Source: a virus
Lineage: Duplodnaviria > Caudoviricetes
Virus record (IMG/VR): IMGVR_UViG_3300042140_000143
Coordinates: 1-62,495 of that record
Reading direction: 5' to 3' (one strand)
Length of the DNA: 62,495 bases
Part shown: piece after piece, positions 7,322 to 16,827 of the stretch
Numbering within the stretch: the stretch's first letter is position 1
Layout: every line of letters begins with the position of its first letter
Position numbers and translations under genes: made by a program
Notes under the pieces: generated by a model
What the model was told of the DNA's origin: nothing
Seen by the model: only the letters and a program-made list of their open reading frames with translations
The model's database searches: none

Positions 7322-7492
7322 ATGCGCACGCATGTCACCACCACCAACCCCCGCCTCATGCACTTCATCTCGCTTGCCAGCGTGGCACGCGAGGTGGGTG
7401 CGAAGTCGCAGCGTCACCTTCTGGCCGACCTCCGCACGCTCACCCATCGTGAGCGTCGTGAGGTGGCCGACCTCGTGAAGAAGGAGGGCTGA
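7322..7492 (+). CDS. Small hypothetical protein
   Basis: GAGGAG RBS; 56 aa. Confidence 0.55.
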   Translation: MRTHVTTTNPRLMHFISLASVAREVGAKSQRHLLADLRTLTHRERREVADLVKKEG

Positions 7493-7495
7493 TAC

Positions 7496-7717
7496 ATGCC
7501 GCACTTCTTGGTCGCACGCGACCGTGCCTACTGGGTGCGAGAGGTGATGCACATAGACGCCGCCACAGAGGAGGAGGCGGAGAACCAGTTCTACGAAACC
7601 TTCGACCCGGAACTGGAAATCGTCGGGCCGTTTCGTTTCGGCAACGCAACCCACGAAACCCCGCTCGAAGTGACTGCGTGCGAACCGCCGTCCCCTCCCG
7701 CTGCGGAGTCTGCGTGA
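7496..7717 (+). CDS. Hypothetical protein
   Basis: GGAGG RBS; 73 aa. Confidence 0.6.
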   Translation: MPHFLVARDRAYWVREVMHIDAATEEEAENQFYETFDPELEIVGPFRFGNATHETPLEVTACEPPSPPAAESA

Positions 7718-7833
7718 TGGGCAACAAGTGGGCCGATCAGCGGTAGGTCACCGCTGCGGCGTCTGGTTTCCGGCATGGGCCGTCCCGTTGTGGGGCGGCC
7801 CTTTCTTTTTCCCCCTTCACTGAGGAGTGAGGC

Positions 7834-9081
7834 ATGAGCGAGGACAACGAGGTCGAGTACGACTACTATGGGTTCGATGGCAACGGCATCCACCGTGACA
7901 CCGGCACGGAGTACGACCCCAACGGGTTCGATGCTGGCGGCATCCACAGCGTCACGGGCACCGAGTTCAGCAACACGACCCGCCGCACACGCGACGGCGA
8001 GCAGCGGGACTCGGAGGGCTACGACTACGGCGGCTACGACGAGGACGGGTACGACCGTGACGGGTACGACTCCGACGGGTACGACCACTGCGGCCACGAC
8101 CCCAGCGGCAACTCACGCTGCGAGAACGGCGAGTGCTACGACGACTCGTGCGAGTGCCACGAGTCCGACTTCGACTCGCAACTGGACGAGTACAGCACCC
8201 GTGCCCATCGCAAGCACACGTGGTCGGCGGACCCTGCTCTTGGCCCTTCGTACATGTACGCCGGGCACGAGATCGAGATGTACTCGGACGACGAGGACAT
8301 CGCGGACGTTGAGTACACGCTCGCCCAAGTGGACGGCCTGTACGCCAAACTCAACCCGCTGACTGGCAACGGCAGGTGTGCCATCGCCAAGCACGACGGC
8401 TCGCTGGAGGACAACGGGCCCGGCGGGTTTGAGTTGGTGACCGTGCCGCTCACGACCGAGCAGGTGTACGGCATCTTCGGGTCGTTCAAGACGCTGGGCA
8501 ACGGGCGCTGCTCCGCGTGGGACAAGGGCGACGACGTTGGGCACCACATCCACCTGTCGAAAGCAGCCGTCGGGCCGCTCACGCTGGGCAAGTTGCTCGT
8601 GTTCCTCAACGCCGAGCCGAACCGGAAGTTCCTTGAGTACATCGCCGGTCGGCCGGCGGGGTTCAACAAGTTCAGCCGCAAGAAGGTGACTGACCAAGAG
8701 AACCGCGACCGCTACGAGGTTCTCAACATCACCGACGAGACGGTCGAGTTCCGCCTGTTCAAGAGCAACCTGTACGGCAAGGCCATCCTCAAGAACCACG
8801 AGTTCGCGGTGGCTTCCGTGCGGTTCTGCGAGCAGGCGGCACACGGGTTCGGCGTGGTCGAGAACTCCACCGACCCGCTGCACTTCATCAACTTCCGCAG
8901 GTTCGTCGCCGCCAATCGCAGGACGTACCGTTACCTGCACGAGTTCATGCTCACCCACCCGGAGATTCGCGGCGGCTACTGCAACAACAGCGGCCTGCCT
9001 GAGAGCGTTGCCAAGCCGAAGGAACGCTCGCCCGTGTTCAACCTCGTCCGCACGTCCATGTCCGCCGTCACCGGTGCCTGA
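7834..9081 (+). CDS. Putative amidoligase (COOH-NH2 ligase type) with N-terminal GYD/GFD repeats
   Basis: GHEIE, HDGSL, GFELVT, HIH, RY..LN and TVEFR motifs. Confidence 0.78.
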   Translation: MSEDNEVEYDYYGFDGNGIHRDTGTEYDPNGFDAGGIHSVTGTEFSNTTRRTRDGEQRDSEGYDYGGYDEDGYDRDGYDSDGYDHCGHDPSGNSRCENGECYDDSCECHESDFDSQLDEYSTRAHRKHTWSADPALGPSYMYAGHEIEMYSDDEDIADVEYTLAQVDGLYAKLNPLTGNGRCAIAKHDGSLEDNGPGGFELVTVPLTTEQVYGIFGSFKTLGNGRCSAWDKGDDVGHHIHLSKAAVGPLTLGKLLVFLNAEPNRKFLEYIAGRPAGFNKFSRKKVTDQENRDRYEVLNITDETVEFRLFKSNLYGKAILKNHEFAVASVRFCEQAAHGFGVVENSTDPLHFINFRRFVAANRRTYRYLHEFMLTHPEIRGGYCNNSGLPESVAKPKERSPVFNLVRTSMSAVTGA

Positions 9082-9106
9082 CCCACCCCACTAAGGAGAC
9101 TTCCGC

Positions 9107-9955
9107 ATGTGCCTTGCCATCTACAAGCCCGCCACCACCCAGCCCGATTGGTCCGCCTACCGCAACGGCTTCGCCGTGAACGACGATTCGTGGGGGTTCG
9201 CCGTCGTCGTTGACGGCACGCTCGTCACCCGCTGCGGTATCGGCAACTTTGAGGAGTTCCGCGAAGCCTTCAGCCCGTACGCCGACCGACAGGCCATCAT
9301 CCACTTCCGATGGGCCACGCACGGCAAGAAGGACACGGGCAACTGCCACCCGTTCATGGTGAGCGACTCGCTCGCCGTGATCCACAACGGCGTGATCTCC
9401 ATCAAGTGCGACGTGGACAAGGATCGCAGTGACACTTGGCACTTCAACGAGTTGGTTCTCAAGCCGCTGCACGCTCGGGACGAGGACTTCTACCGCCGCA
9501 GCGAGGTGGTGTACACGCAGCAACTCGCCCACTCCGGCAGCAAGTTCGTGTTCCTGCGGGCGGACGGAGACTACTGCATCTGGAACGAGGACGATGGCGA
9601 CTGGTCGCGTGATGGTCACTGGTACAGCAACGACTCGCACGAGGGGTCGTACTACCGCAGCATCGGCTACGGCCTGACCTCTCGCACCACGACGGCCCCC
9701 AAGACCGAGCGTTCGTGGGTCGAGGTCGAGGACGGCAAGTGGAAGTACGTGGACGAGGACAACTCCGCGTCCGCCTGCCGCACAGCGTACGACCGCATGG
9801 CCGACGAGCAGGAGGAGGAGGACCGCGAGGATTCGTTCTACACCAACATGCGTGTGGATGACTTGCTCGCCTACGGGTTCAGTCGCAAGTGCTTGGCGGA
9901 AGTTCAGGACATGCTCGGCCACGACGGCATCGAGTTGCTGCACGACGCCATCTGA
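9107..9955 (+). CDS. Class II (Ntn) glutamine amidotransferase
   Basis: N-terminal MC, HFRWATHG, NCHPF, HNG, SDT. Confidence 0.88.
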   Translation: MCLAIYKPATTQPDWSAYRNGFAVNDDSWGFAVVVDGTLVTRCGIGNFEEFREAFSPYADRQAIIHFRWATHGKKDTGNCHPFMVSDSLAVIHNGVISIKCDVDKDRSDTWHFNELVLKPLHARDEDFYRRSEVVYTQQLAHSGSKFVFLRADGDYCIWNEDDGDWSRDGHWYSNDSHEGSYYRSIGYGLTSRTTTAPKTERSWVEVEDGKWKYVDEDNSASACRTAYDRMADEQEEEDREDSFYTNMRVDDLLAYGFSRKCLAEVQDMLGHDGIELLHDAI

Positions 9956-10043
9956 TTTCGCCGCTGCGGAGTCTGGTTCCTGCGGGGCCGGTGGCACTGG
10001 GTCACCGGCCCCGCTTTCTTTCTGACCAAGAGGAGTGTCTGAG

Positions 10044-10433
10044 ATGAAGCGAGACGTTATGGAGAAGTGGGTTGCCGCCCTGAGAAGCGGCGATTACATG
10101 CAGGGGTATGGCCGCCTGAAGCAAGCAGGTGGAAGCGAGCCATTGTTTTGCGCGCTCGGCGTCCTGTGCCAAGTGCATCACGACGAGACGCACTCGGCAT
10201 CGTGGTCACACCAGCCAATCAACGATTGCTGGTCTTACGGACGCTCGGCAATTCGGTCGTGCGACCGCGACAGGTATTCCGAGTGCCTGCCAACCTGTGT
10301 GATGGACTGGGCAGGCATCTCCTCCCCGAACGCACGACTGGATGCGACTCGCAGCGTCTCGTCCATCAACGACGACGGCAAGGACTTCTCCACCATTGCC
10401 GACGCCATCGAGGCTCGCTGGAAAGCCCTGTAA
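10044..10433 (+). CDS. Phage protein of the WVAALRS...CALGVLC family
   Basis: Paralog of 6876-7241. Confidence 0.75.
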   Translation: MKRDVMEKWVAALRSGDYMQGYGRLKQAGGSEPLFCALGVLCQVHHDETHSASWSHQPINDCWSYGRSAIRSCDRDRYSECLPTCVMDWAGISSPNARLDATRSVSSINDDGKDFSTIADAIEARWKAL

Positions 10434-10595
10434 TTCCCCGCTGCGGAGTCTGTCTATACGGCAAGCAAGGAGGCAAGCCATGCACCACTGGACCCATGCT
10501 GAAATCGAAATCTTCCTCGCCATGTGCTTCGTCGCCATGAAGGCGCTGGCACGGTGGGCGAAGTTGGACTGACCCCTCACACAAGGAGAGTGACT

Positions 10596-10922
10596 ATGGC
10601 TACCAAGACTCGTCGTCGCCTGCGTTTCCCCGTGACCGAGTTCATCGTCCAGCACAGCGAGGCTGCGGCGATGGGCCTGAAACTGCACGAGTTCGCCAAG
10701 CGGGCGGGACTCACGTACTCGGCCGTGACCATGCGGCTGCACGCCCTGCGGCAGCGTGGCGTCGTGCTGCCACGCCTCAAGCACGGGCTGCTCGGCAAGC
10801 CCGGCAATCGCAGCGGCAAGGGCACGGGCAAGATCGCCCGCTCTGTGGTCGTGGCCGCCGGGCGCACGGCCCGCATCACGAACCGGTCCAGCAAGTCCAT
10901 CACCATCACCATCGGAGGCTAA
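10596..10922 (+). CDS. Putative helix-turn-helix protein
   Basis: AAGGAG RBS; LHEFAKRAGLTYSAVTMRL. Confidence 0.6.
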   Translation: MATKTRRRLRFPVTEFIVQHSEAAAMGLKLHEFAKRAGLTYSAVTMRLHALRQRGVVLPRLKHGLLGKPGNRSGKGTGKIARSVVVAAGRTARITNRSSKSITITIGG

Positions 10923-10927
10923 TCACC

Positions 10928-11224
10928 ATGACAAAGTTCTGGAACGTGACAGTGCAACTTCACGATGACCGGCCGCAGGACGCCATGACGTTTGTGTTCG
11001 CTGATGAACGCCGCGCAAAGGCCATCATGAACCAATACTCGCGCCTGTTTCCGATGTACTTCTCTCTCGAAGTCAAGCCGTGTGACGCATGGGGGCGGGT
11101 CTGGCCGCAGCAGTATGTGTTTTGCAGCGTGTGCGGACAGCCGGAGATGGAGCCGGAGTTGTGCAGCCACGCCCGCAAGACGGACCACTGGTTTGCCTCA
11201 ATGGACGGAGGATCAAGGACATGA
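10928..11224 (+). CDS. Hypothetical protein with CxxC
   Basis: GGAGG RBS. Confidence 0.6.
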   Translation: MTKFWNVTVQLHDDRPQDAMTFVFADERRAKAIMNQYSRLFPMYFSLEVKPCDAWGRVWPQQYVFCSVCGQPEMEPELCSHARKTDHWFASMDGGSRT

Positions 11225-11439
11225 GTGCGTTCTGGTTTCACTACAACAAGCCCGCCTCTCAGGCGGCCGGGCACCCGGTGATGACAGTGCATCACAAGGG
11301 CGCCTGTCTCTTGGTCCGCAACGTGGTGTGTTCCGTCCCGGTGCGTAGCCGGGAGCGGAACTCACAGCCCCATGTCGTGATCGCCGGGCGCGGCAACGTC
11401 CGCATCGCAGGCGACACGGCTTACATCGAAGGAGAATGA
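11221..11439 (+). CDS. Hypothetical phage protein
   Basis: ATGA-coupled; FWFHYNKPAS motif. Confidence 0.65.
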   Translation: MSAFWFHYNKPASQAAGHPVMTVHHKGACLLVRNVVCSVPVRSRERNSQPHVVIAGRGNVRIAGDTAYIEGE

Positions 11440-11705
11440 CCATGCCATTTGCAGACGCCAGGTATCCGCGTGCCGCCAGCCGGCAGGTATCCACCTATAC
11501 GGGCCTTACTGCCCATGTCGTGCAACTCACCAACGGCGAGCGATTGCTCGTCGAGGAGAGCGAAGACGGCCTGAGTCTTGCCGTGTGCGTCCGGAACTCT
11601 GACGCCCCCGACCTGTGGGTCTGCCGCATCGAGGATGCCGGCGTGATGGCGCTCACCTACAGCGACGACGCATGCTCGCGTCTCGCAAGGAGGTCGTGTG
11701 CCTGA
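11436..11705 (+). CDS. Hypothetical protein
   Basis: ATGA-coupled ORF. Confidence 0.6.
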   Translation: MTMPFADARYPRAASRQVSTYTGLTAHVVQLTNGERLLVEESEDGLSLAVCVRNSDAPDLWVCRIEDAGVMALTYSDDACSRLARRSCA

Positions 11706-11988
11706 CCTGACCCCACGCGAGCGAGAGATTCTCACCCTCATCGCACGCTCGATTGACGCCAATGGATACCAGCCGTCGTACCGGGAGATCGCCGCCCACT
11801 TCGGGTGGACCGGACTTGGCTGGTTGCAGTACCTCGCCCGCAGGATTGCGAGCAAGGGGCACGCACGGGTGATCGGAGCCCGAGCGTGGTCGTTCGACTG
11901 GAAGTCTTACCTCAAGGAGCAGAAGCATGACGCTGAAAGAACTGATGGATCGCGTACTCGCCGTGTTCCCCGACGCCATGTTCGATGA
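11698..11988 (+). CDS. LexA-like winged-HTH DNA-binding protein (no peptidase domain)
   Basis: LTPREREIL...GYQPSYREIAAHFG resembles the LexA N-terminal domain. Confidence 0.75.
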   Translation: MPDLTPREREILTLIARSIDANGYQPSYREIAAHFGWTGLGWLQYLARRIASKGHARVIGARAWSFDWKSYLKEQKHDAERTDGSRTRRVPRRHVR

Positions 11989-12091
11989 GGCGCACGACGG
12001 CGAGGTGATCGTGTTCACGGGCAAGCGCGCCCACCCGGAGGAGGACTGGAACGAGGGGTCGCTCCAACTCCAGCCCATCCTTGACGACTAG
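11927..12091 (+). CDS. Small hypothetical protein
   Basis: AAGGAG RBS; MTLKELMDRVL... Confidence 0.5.
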   Translation: MTLKELMDRVLAVFPDAMFDEAHDGEVIVFTGKRAHPEEDWNEGSLQLQPILDD

Positions 12092-12110
12092 ACCTGTTCA
12101 TAAGTACACT
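12081..12110 (+). promoter_or_regulatory. Candidate sigma70 promoter
   Basis: TTGACG-N18-TACACT upstream of ATG 12128. Confidence 0.5.
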
Positions 12111-12127
12111 CCCACAGGAGAACGGGT

Positions 12128-12304
12128 ATGCCATACCCCACTACTACCGTGACACTCACACCCAGCGAGATCGACCTCATCATCACGGCCCTTCACGAAT
12201 CGGCGGAGGACCGCGAGGAGTTTGACGAGAGCGAGCAGGCGGCGGCCTTCGCCATCCTGCAACGGCGGTTCGTCAAGGCACAGACACAACTCATCGCTCA
12301 CTGA
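12128..12304 (+). CDS. Small hypothetical protein
   Basis: AGGAG RBS; 58 aa. Confidence 0.55.
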   Translation: MPYPTTTVTLTPSEIDLIITALHESAEDREEFDESEQAAAFAILQRRFVKAQTQLIAH

Positions 12305-12315
12305 AAGGAGCAACC

Positions 12316-13194
12316 ATGACCCCGACAACTCTTACCATCGGCGCTGGCTTGGGCGGCATCTGCCTGCTCAACACCAAGTCCGTGCTGCGTGACAGGCTGT
12401 TCGCCGCTGCGGATGCGGTGGGCTGCGGCCGTTTCGTTCCTGCCCAGCCGGCCCGCACGACCGTGCTGCGGGACTGCATGAAGCAGGTGGCCGACAACCT
12501 GTATGGCCGGCAGCGAAAGCGGCACAACGTGGTGCGGCAACTGGACGACCCGGCCTGCTTTGAAGTGGTGCGTGTGGTGCCCGGCCAGACGCAGAACGAC
12601 TACCAGTTCCTTTACTCCGCGACCATCGACTCGCACTGGGGCGTTGCCATCTTGGAGTACAGCACGAGCGGGCCGCCCGGCATGGCCGTGCTGCATGCCC
12701 TCGATCCCATGATCGTGCAGATGCGTGACTACCTTCCGTCCAGCGTGGTCGGCCAAGTGGTGGTCAAGATGCTGCGCTCGTGGCATGCAACGCCACTCAA
12801 GGACGACGGCGGTGCGTGGTTCCTGTCGGGCCAGCACCTTGACGACTACCGCCAGTTCGCCACGATGGTGCGCGGCCCCCACGCGGACGGCCCCCGCTTC
12901 CATGTCACCCAGTTTGAGATCGGCTCCGATCCCGACACGGTGATGCACGTCCTCGACCAACTCGGGCGGGAAGTCCAGGCTGGCATGGACGAGATCATGC
13001 AGGACGTGATGGAGGCCAGCGGCGGCATGTCCGACCGCTCCATCAACGTCCGTCTCGGAAGGGCCGACAAGTTTCTCGACAAGGTGCGGACCTACGAGCA
13101 GGTTCTCGGCAAGCCCATGCCCGACCTGACTGCTGCCATCGAGCAGGTCAAGCAGGCAGTGGCCGTCAATCGGCTGCTCGCTGCCGCCGTGTAG
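12316..13194 (+). CDS. Hypothetical protein upstream of the MoxR/VWA pair
   Basis: AAGGAG RBS; 292 aa; helical C-terminus. Confidence 0.75.
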   Translation: MTPTTLTIGAGLGGICLLNTKSVLRDRLFAAADAVGCGRFVPAQPARTTVLRDCMKQVADNLYGRQRKRHNVVRQLDDPACFEVVRVVPGQTQNDYQFLYSATIDSHWGVAILEYSTSGPPGMAVLHALDPMIVQMRDYLPSSVVGQVVVKMLRSWHATPLKDDGGAWFLSGQHLDDYRQFATMVRGPHADGPRFHVTQFEIGSDPDTVMHVLDQLGREVQAGMDEIMQDVMEASGGMSDRSINVRLGRADKFLDKVRTYEQVLGKPMPDLTAAIEQVKQAVAVNRLLAAAV

Positions 13195-13301
13195 TTTCCC
13201 CGCAGATTCACCGCTGCGGCGTCTGTTCGTTAGGGGAACGGGGTAGCATCGTGCTGCCCCGTCCCCTGCCCTATTGGTTCCCCACGAGGAGAGTCCCTCT
13301 C

Positions 13302-14405
13302 ATGTCTCGCACTGTACTCGGCAATACCCCCGCGTTCCTCGCTTGTCAGGTCGCACCCACGCTCGTCAAGGGTGGCACTGGCGTCGGCAAGTCCTCGACG
13401 TGGGAGGCACTGGCTGGGGCACTGGAGCGGACGTTCGTTCCGCTGCTCGGTGCCACCCACCTGCCCGAAGATTTCTCTGGCTACCCCATCCCTGACCACA
13501 AGGCCGGCGTGGTTCGCATGCTGCCGACCTCGCTGTGGGAAAAGACCAAGAGCGGCAAGGCTCTCGTTCTCGTGGACGAGGTGACCAACGTGCCGTCCGC
13601 TACCCAAGCCGGCCTGCTCTCCGTCCTATCGGAGCGGCGGATCGGTGAGTACGTCATGCCGGCATCGACCATCATCGTCGGTGCCTGCAACCCGCCGGAA
13701 CTGTGCCCCAATGCGGTGCCACTCGCACCTGCCATGCGGGCACGGTTCGTTCACTTCGACTGGGAGGTGGACTACGAACACTGGTTCACCGGCCTGCGAG
13801 CAGGTTGCCAGTGGAAGGCACCCTCCTTCCCCGTCGTGCCTGACCATTGGACCGACTTCCTCCCGCAGTTCGGCTCGCTGGTCGAGGCGTTCCTCCGTGC
13901 GACTCCCGACGCCCGCGAGAAGTTGCCGCAGGACGACGAGACGATGGCGTTCCCCAACCTGCGGACGTGGACGTTCCTCGCCCGGTGCTTCTCGGCGGCG
14001 GGTGCCTGCGGGTATGAGCAGAAAGACCCCATCTACCGGCCGCTTGCGACGGGCTGCGTGGGTGCGGAGATCGGCGGCGAGTTCCTCCGGTACTGGCACC
14101 GGCTCGACCTCCTCAACCCGGAGGCGTACCTGTCCGGTGCGGAGAACTACAAGTACGAGCGGCGACCGGACGCCAACATCTGCTTCCTCACCGGGCTGGT
14201 GAAGTCGCTGCGTGACAACACCAGCAAGGAGCGGTGGACCCGTGCGGCGGAGGCGTTCATCACCATCGGGGAACAGGAGATCGAGTCGTTCTTGATGCAG
14301 TTCCGTTCGTTTTGGAATCCCGTCAGCAAGGGCGGCGTTCGCCCCGACGGCTGGTCGCCGCCGAAGGACGTGCTGGCGAAGTTGATGGCGTTGGTTCAGC
14401 AGTGA
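13302..14405 (+). CDS. MoxR-like AAA+ ATPase
   Basis: Walker A GGTGVGKS, Walker B VLVDE, GACNP, PAMRARF. Confidence 0.88.
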   Translation: MSRTVLGNTPAFLACQVAPTLVKGGTGVGKSSTWEALAGALERTFVPLLGATHLPEDFSGYPIPDHKAGVVRMLPTSLWEKTKSGKALVLVDEVTNVPSATQAGLLSVLSERRIGEYVMPASTIIVGACNPPELCPNAVPLAPAMRARFVHFDWEVDYEHWFTGLRAGCQWKAPSFPVVPDHWTDFLPQFGSLVEAFLRATPDAREKLPQDDETMAFPNLRTWTFLARCFSAAGACGYEQKDPIYRPLATGCVGAEIGGEFLRYWHRLDLLNPEAYLSGAENYKYERRPDANICFLTGLVKSLRDNTSKERWTRAAEAFITIGEQEIESFLMQFRSFWNPVSKGGVRPDGWSPPKDVLAKLMALVQQ

Positions 14406-14429
14406 CACCCACACACAGGAGAACGACAC

Positions 14430-15923
14430 ATGACGCCTCGTCAGTTACTGGGGCAGGCACGGGTACATACCTTTGAGTACGTCCCGTACCTCGCCTCATA
14501 CATCTACTCCCTGCGTGAGCAGGAGACGCCGGGCATCGGCACGGCGGCAGTGGATGAAGCGGGAAACCTGTACTGGGACCCCGCATTCATCACCGCGATT
14601 GGCAAGGAGCAGGGTGCGTACCTCGTGACCCACGAGGTGCTGCATCTGATCTTCGACCACCACTCGCGGGCGAAGGAAATCATCGGGGAGAACCCGAGCG
14701 AGTTTCAGCGGTTCGTCTGCAACGTGGCCGGCGATCTGGTCATCGAGCAGACGCTCTCCATGATGCGTGACCTGCGGCCGGAGGGGGCAGTCCATCTGGG
14801 CTGCGACGTTCCGGACTGGGGCATCCGGCTCGACTTCCCCGAGAACCGGTCGATGCAGGAGTATTACCGGCTCATCATGGAGAAGTTGCAGAAGAACAGT
14901 GACGACAACAAGAACCAGCAGCAACAGGGAGGCAGCGACAATGGCGGCCAGCAACAGCAGGGAGATAGCGGTGCTTCCAATGGGGGCGGGCAGGACGGCG
15001 ATGACGCGGACGGAGATGGCGGTGACGGTGCGGGCGACGATCAACAGCCAGATCATGGAGCAGGCGACTCTGGAGGCGAGGGGGCCGGCGAAGATCAAGC
15101 AACTGGCCCGCAGATGGCGTCTCCAGGCGGAGCGGGATCGCCTCCAACTGGGCAGGGCAAGGCACCGCAGAAGCCCGGTTCGCCGGGCACGGGTGGCTCG
15201 TGTGCGGACGGGTGCCCACGCCCCTACGAGGTAGACAGCGACGGGTCGTGGGAAGCCTACGGCGAGGACATGGCCGCAGCCCAAGCGGAAGATGCCATCG
15301 CCCAGTACGAGGAGAGCCATCCCGGCAAGGTGCCCGGCTCCCTCAAGCAGGCACTCCAGCAGAAGTTGCGGCCCGTGCCAGACCCGTTCGACCAGTTGCG
15401 GTCGGCGGTCTGCACCAGCGTGGCCTCGCCTGTCGGTGGGCGGGACTACTCCCACCGTCGTCGGTCACGCAAGCAGCCGCCGGGCGATGACGACCCGCTC
15501 CTGCACGGCCGCATCACCGTGCAGCCGCATGCCGTCGTGATCGTGGACACGTCGGCATCCATGATGACCAAGCACATCCAGGCGAAGGCGCTCTCCGTCA
15601 TCGCTCAGGGCTTGAGGAAACTGGGGCGGGTCAAGGTGTACTGCGCCGACACGCAGGTGCAGTCCGACGCGATGGTTGCAACGACGAAGGTGTTTGACTG
15701 GCACGGTGGCGGCGGCACGGATATGTCCACCGCCATCGAGCAGGTGGAGAAGGACGAGCGGCCCGACTCCATCGTCCTCGTCACCGACGCCGAGACGAAC
15801 TGGCACGGCAAGAAGCCCCGTGCCCGCGTCGTCGTGGCGTACACGGGCAAGAAGGGTTCTCTCTGGCACACGTCGATCCCCAAATGGGCTCGCGTCGTGC
15901 CGCTACCGCAGGAGGAAGCATGA
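14430..15923 (+). CDS. Metallopeptidase-like (HExxH) plus VWA domain protein (DUF2201-like)
   Basis: HEVLH, low-complexity G/D/Q linker, MIDAS DTSAS, GGGTD, VTD. Confidence 0.85.
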   Translation: MTPRQLLGQARVHTFEYVPYLASYIYSLREQETPGIGTAAVDEAGNLYWDPAFITAIGKEQGAYLVTHEVLHLIFDHHSRAKEIIGENPSEFQRFVCNVAGDLVIEQTLSMMRDLRPEGAVHLGCDVPDWGIRLDFPENRSMQEYYRLIMEKLQKNSDDNKNQQQQGGSDNGGQQQQGDSGASNGGGQDGDDADGDGGDGAGDDQQPDHGAGDSGGEGAGEDQATGPQMASPGGAGSPPTGQGKAPQKPGSPGTGGSCADGCPRPYEVDSDGSWEAYGEDMAAAQAEDAIAQYEESHPGKVPGSLKQALQQKLRPVPDPFDQLRSAVCTSVASPVGGRDYSHRRRSRKQPPGDDDPLLHGRITVQPHAVVIVDTSASMMTKHIQAKALSVIAQGLRKLGRVKVYCADTQVQSDAMVATTKVFDWHGGGGTDMSTAIEQVEKDERPDSIVLVTDAETNWHGKKPRARVVVAYTGKKGSLWHTSIPKWARVVPLPQEEA

Positions 15924-16810
15924 GCATGGCAAAGCGATTGGCAAAGCGGGTCCACACCTACGAGCAGTTGGAGGCGATTCTCGTCGCCCACAAGAAGGGG
16001 CGGCGCAAGACTGCCTACCTCTACGGCAGCGTGCTGGTTCGCGGAACGTACCCAGACCGGAACGCCATCGAGATCGCCTACGCGACCGACCGCACCAGCG
16101 TGCCGCTGGCCCGCGTGTACCGGGCGGCCGGCGGCGATTCCGTGTACTGGGTGCTGCCACCTCCGGACCTGCACCGAAAGCGCAAAGACCCGCTGGCTTA
16201 CAAGAAGACGACCGACATCTGGAAGCGGTACGTCCGGGTGTTCACGCCGTATGACGAGCCGCGCGTGTTCTCCAACTCGACCCTGCGCTACGTGGTGAGC
16301 GGCGGCGGGGCGACCCACGTTTACGACATGCCCGGCTGCTGGAAGTCGTTTCCGCGTGGCACGGTCGCGCTGGAGCCCAGCCAGTGGGCCACCGAGTTCT
16401 TGAAGTCCGCCCGCAAGTACCACACGGTCCCTCGCCGTGCCCGTGTGTTTGCCACGCGGCTGCGGAAGGCGCTGGAGGACGGGCCGCCAGCCGTCACGCA
16501 GGTGTTCGGTGCCCTGCATGGCGACCGGGCCCACATCCCGTTCGTCGGTGCCCAACTCCACGTCTGCACGGCCCCGACCAAGACGCAGCGGGGCAAGCGA
16601 CTGCTGGTCAAGGTCGGGCCCTACAACGACGAGGGCCGGCTGCACCACCACGTTGACGGCGACTACGCCCTCAAGCACTGCCAGTTCTTCGCCGTCGAGG
16701 AAGGCAAGTCGTGGCGGGAGGGCGGCATGCGGTGGAAGTGCAGCAAGGATGCCATCAGCGGCATCAAAGAGTGGGTTCTTGGTGACATCTACATTCCCGG
16801 TCCAGGCTAA
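15920..16810 (+). CDS. Hypothetical protein
   Basis: ATGA-coupled, 296 aa. Confidence 0.7.
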   Translation: MSMAKRLAKRVHTYEQLEAILVAHKKGRRKTAYLYGSVLVRGTYPDRNAIEIAYATDRTSVPLARVYRAAGGDSVYWVLPPPDLHRKRKDPLAYKKTTDIWKRYVRVFTPYDEPRVFSNSTLRYVVSGGGATHVYDMPGCWKSFPRGTVALEPSQWATEFLKSARKYHTVPRRARVFATRLRKALEDGPPAVTQVFGALHGDRAHIPFVGAQLHVCTAPTKTQRGKRLLVKVGPYNDEGRLHHHVDGDYALKHCQFFAVEEGKSWREGGMRWKCSKDAISGIKEWVLGDIYIPGPG

Positions 16811-16827
16811 CAATGAGGAGAACCACC

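Larger units (their letters stand above)
4819..13225 (+). repeat. Dispersed 15-bp repeat CCGCTGCGGMGTCTG, 12 mostly intergenic copies (candidate early promoter element)
   Basis: Copies at 4819, 5173 (variant), 5436, 5982, 6347, 6800, 7246, 7698, 7751, 9961, 10438, 13211; same orientation, mostly just after stop codons. Confidence 0.85.

Noticed and set aside
4819-13225. Early 15-bp repeat as an attC half-site (shares CCGCTG with L')
   Set aside because: No AAC/GTT boxes or partner arm at the right spacing; the shared hexamer is expected by chance at this GC content
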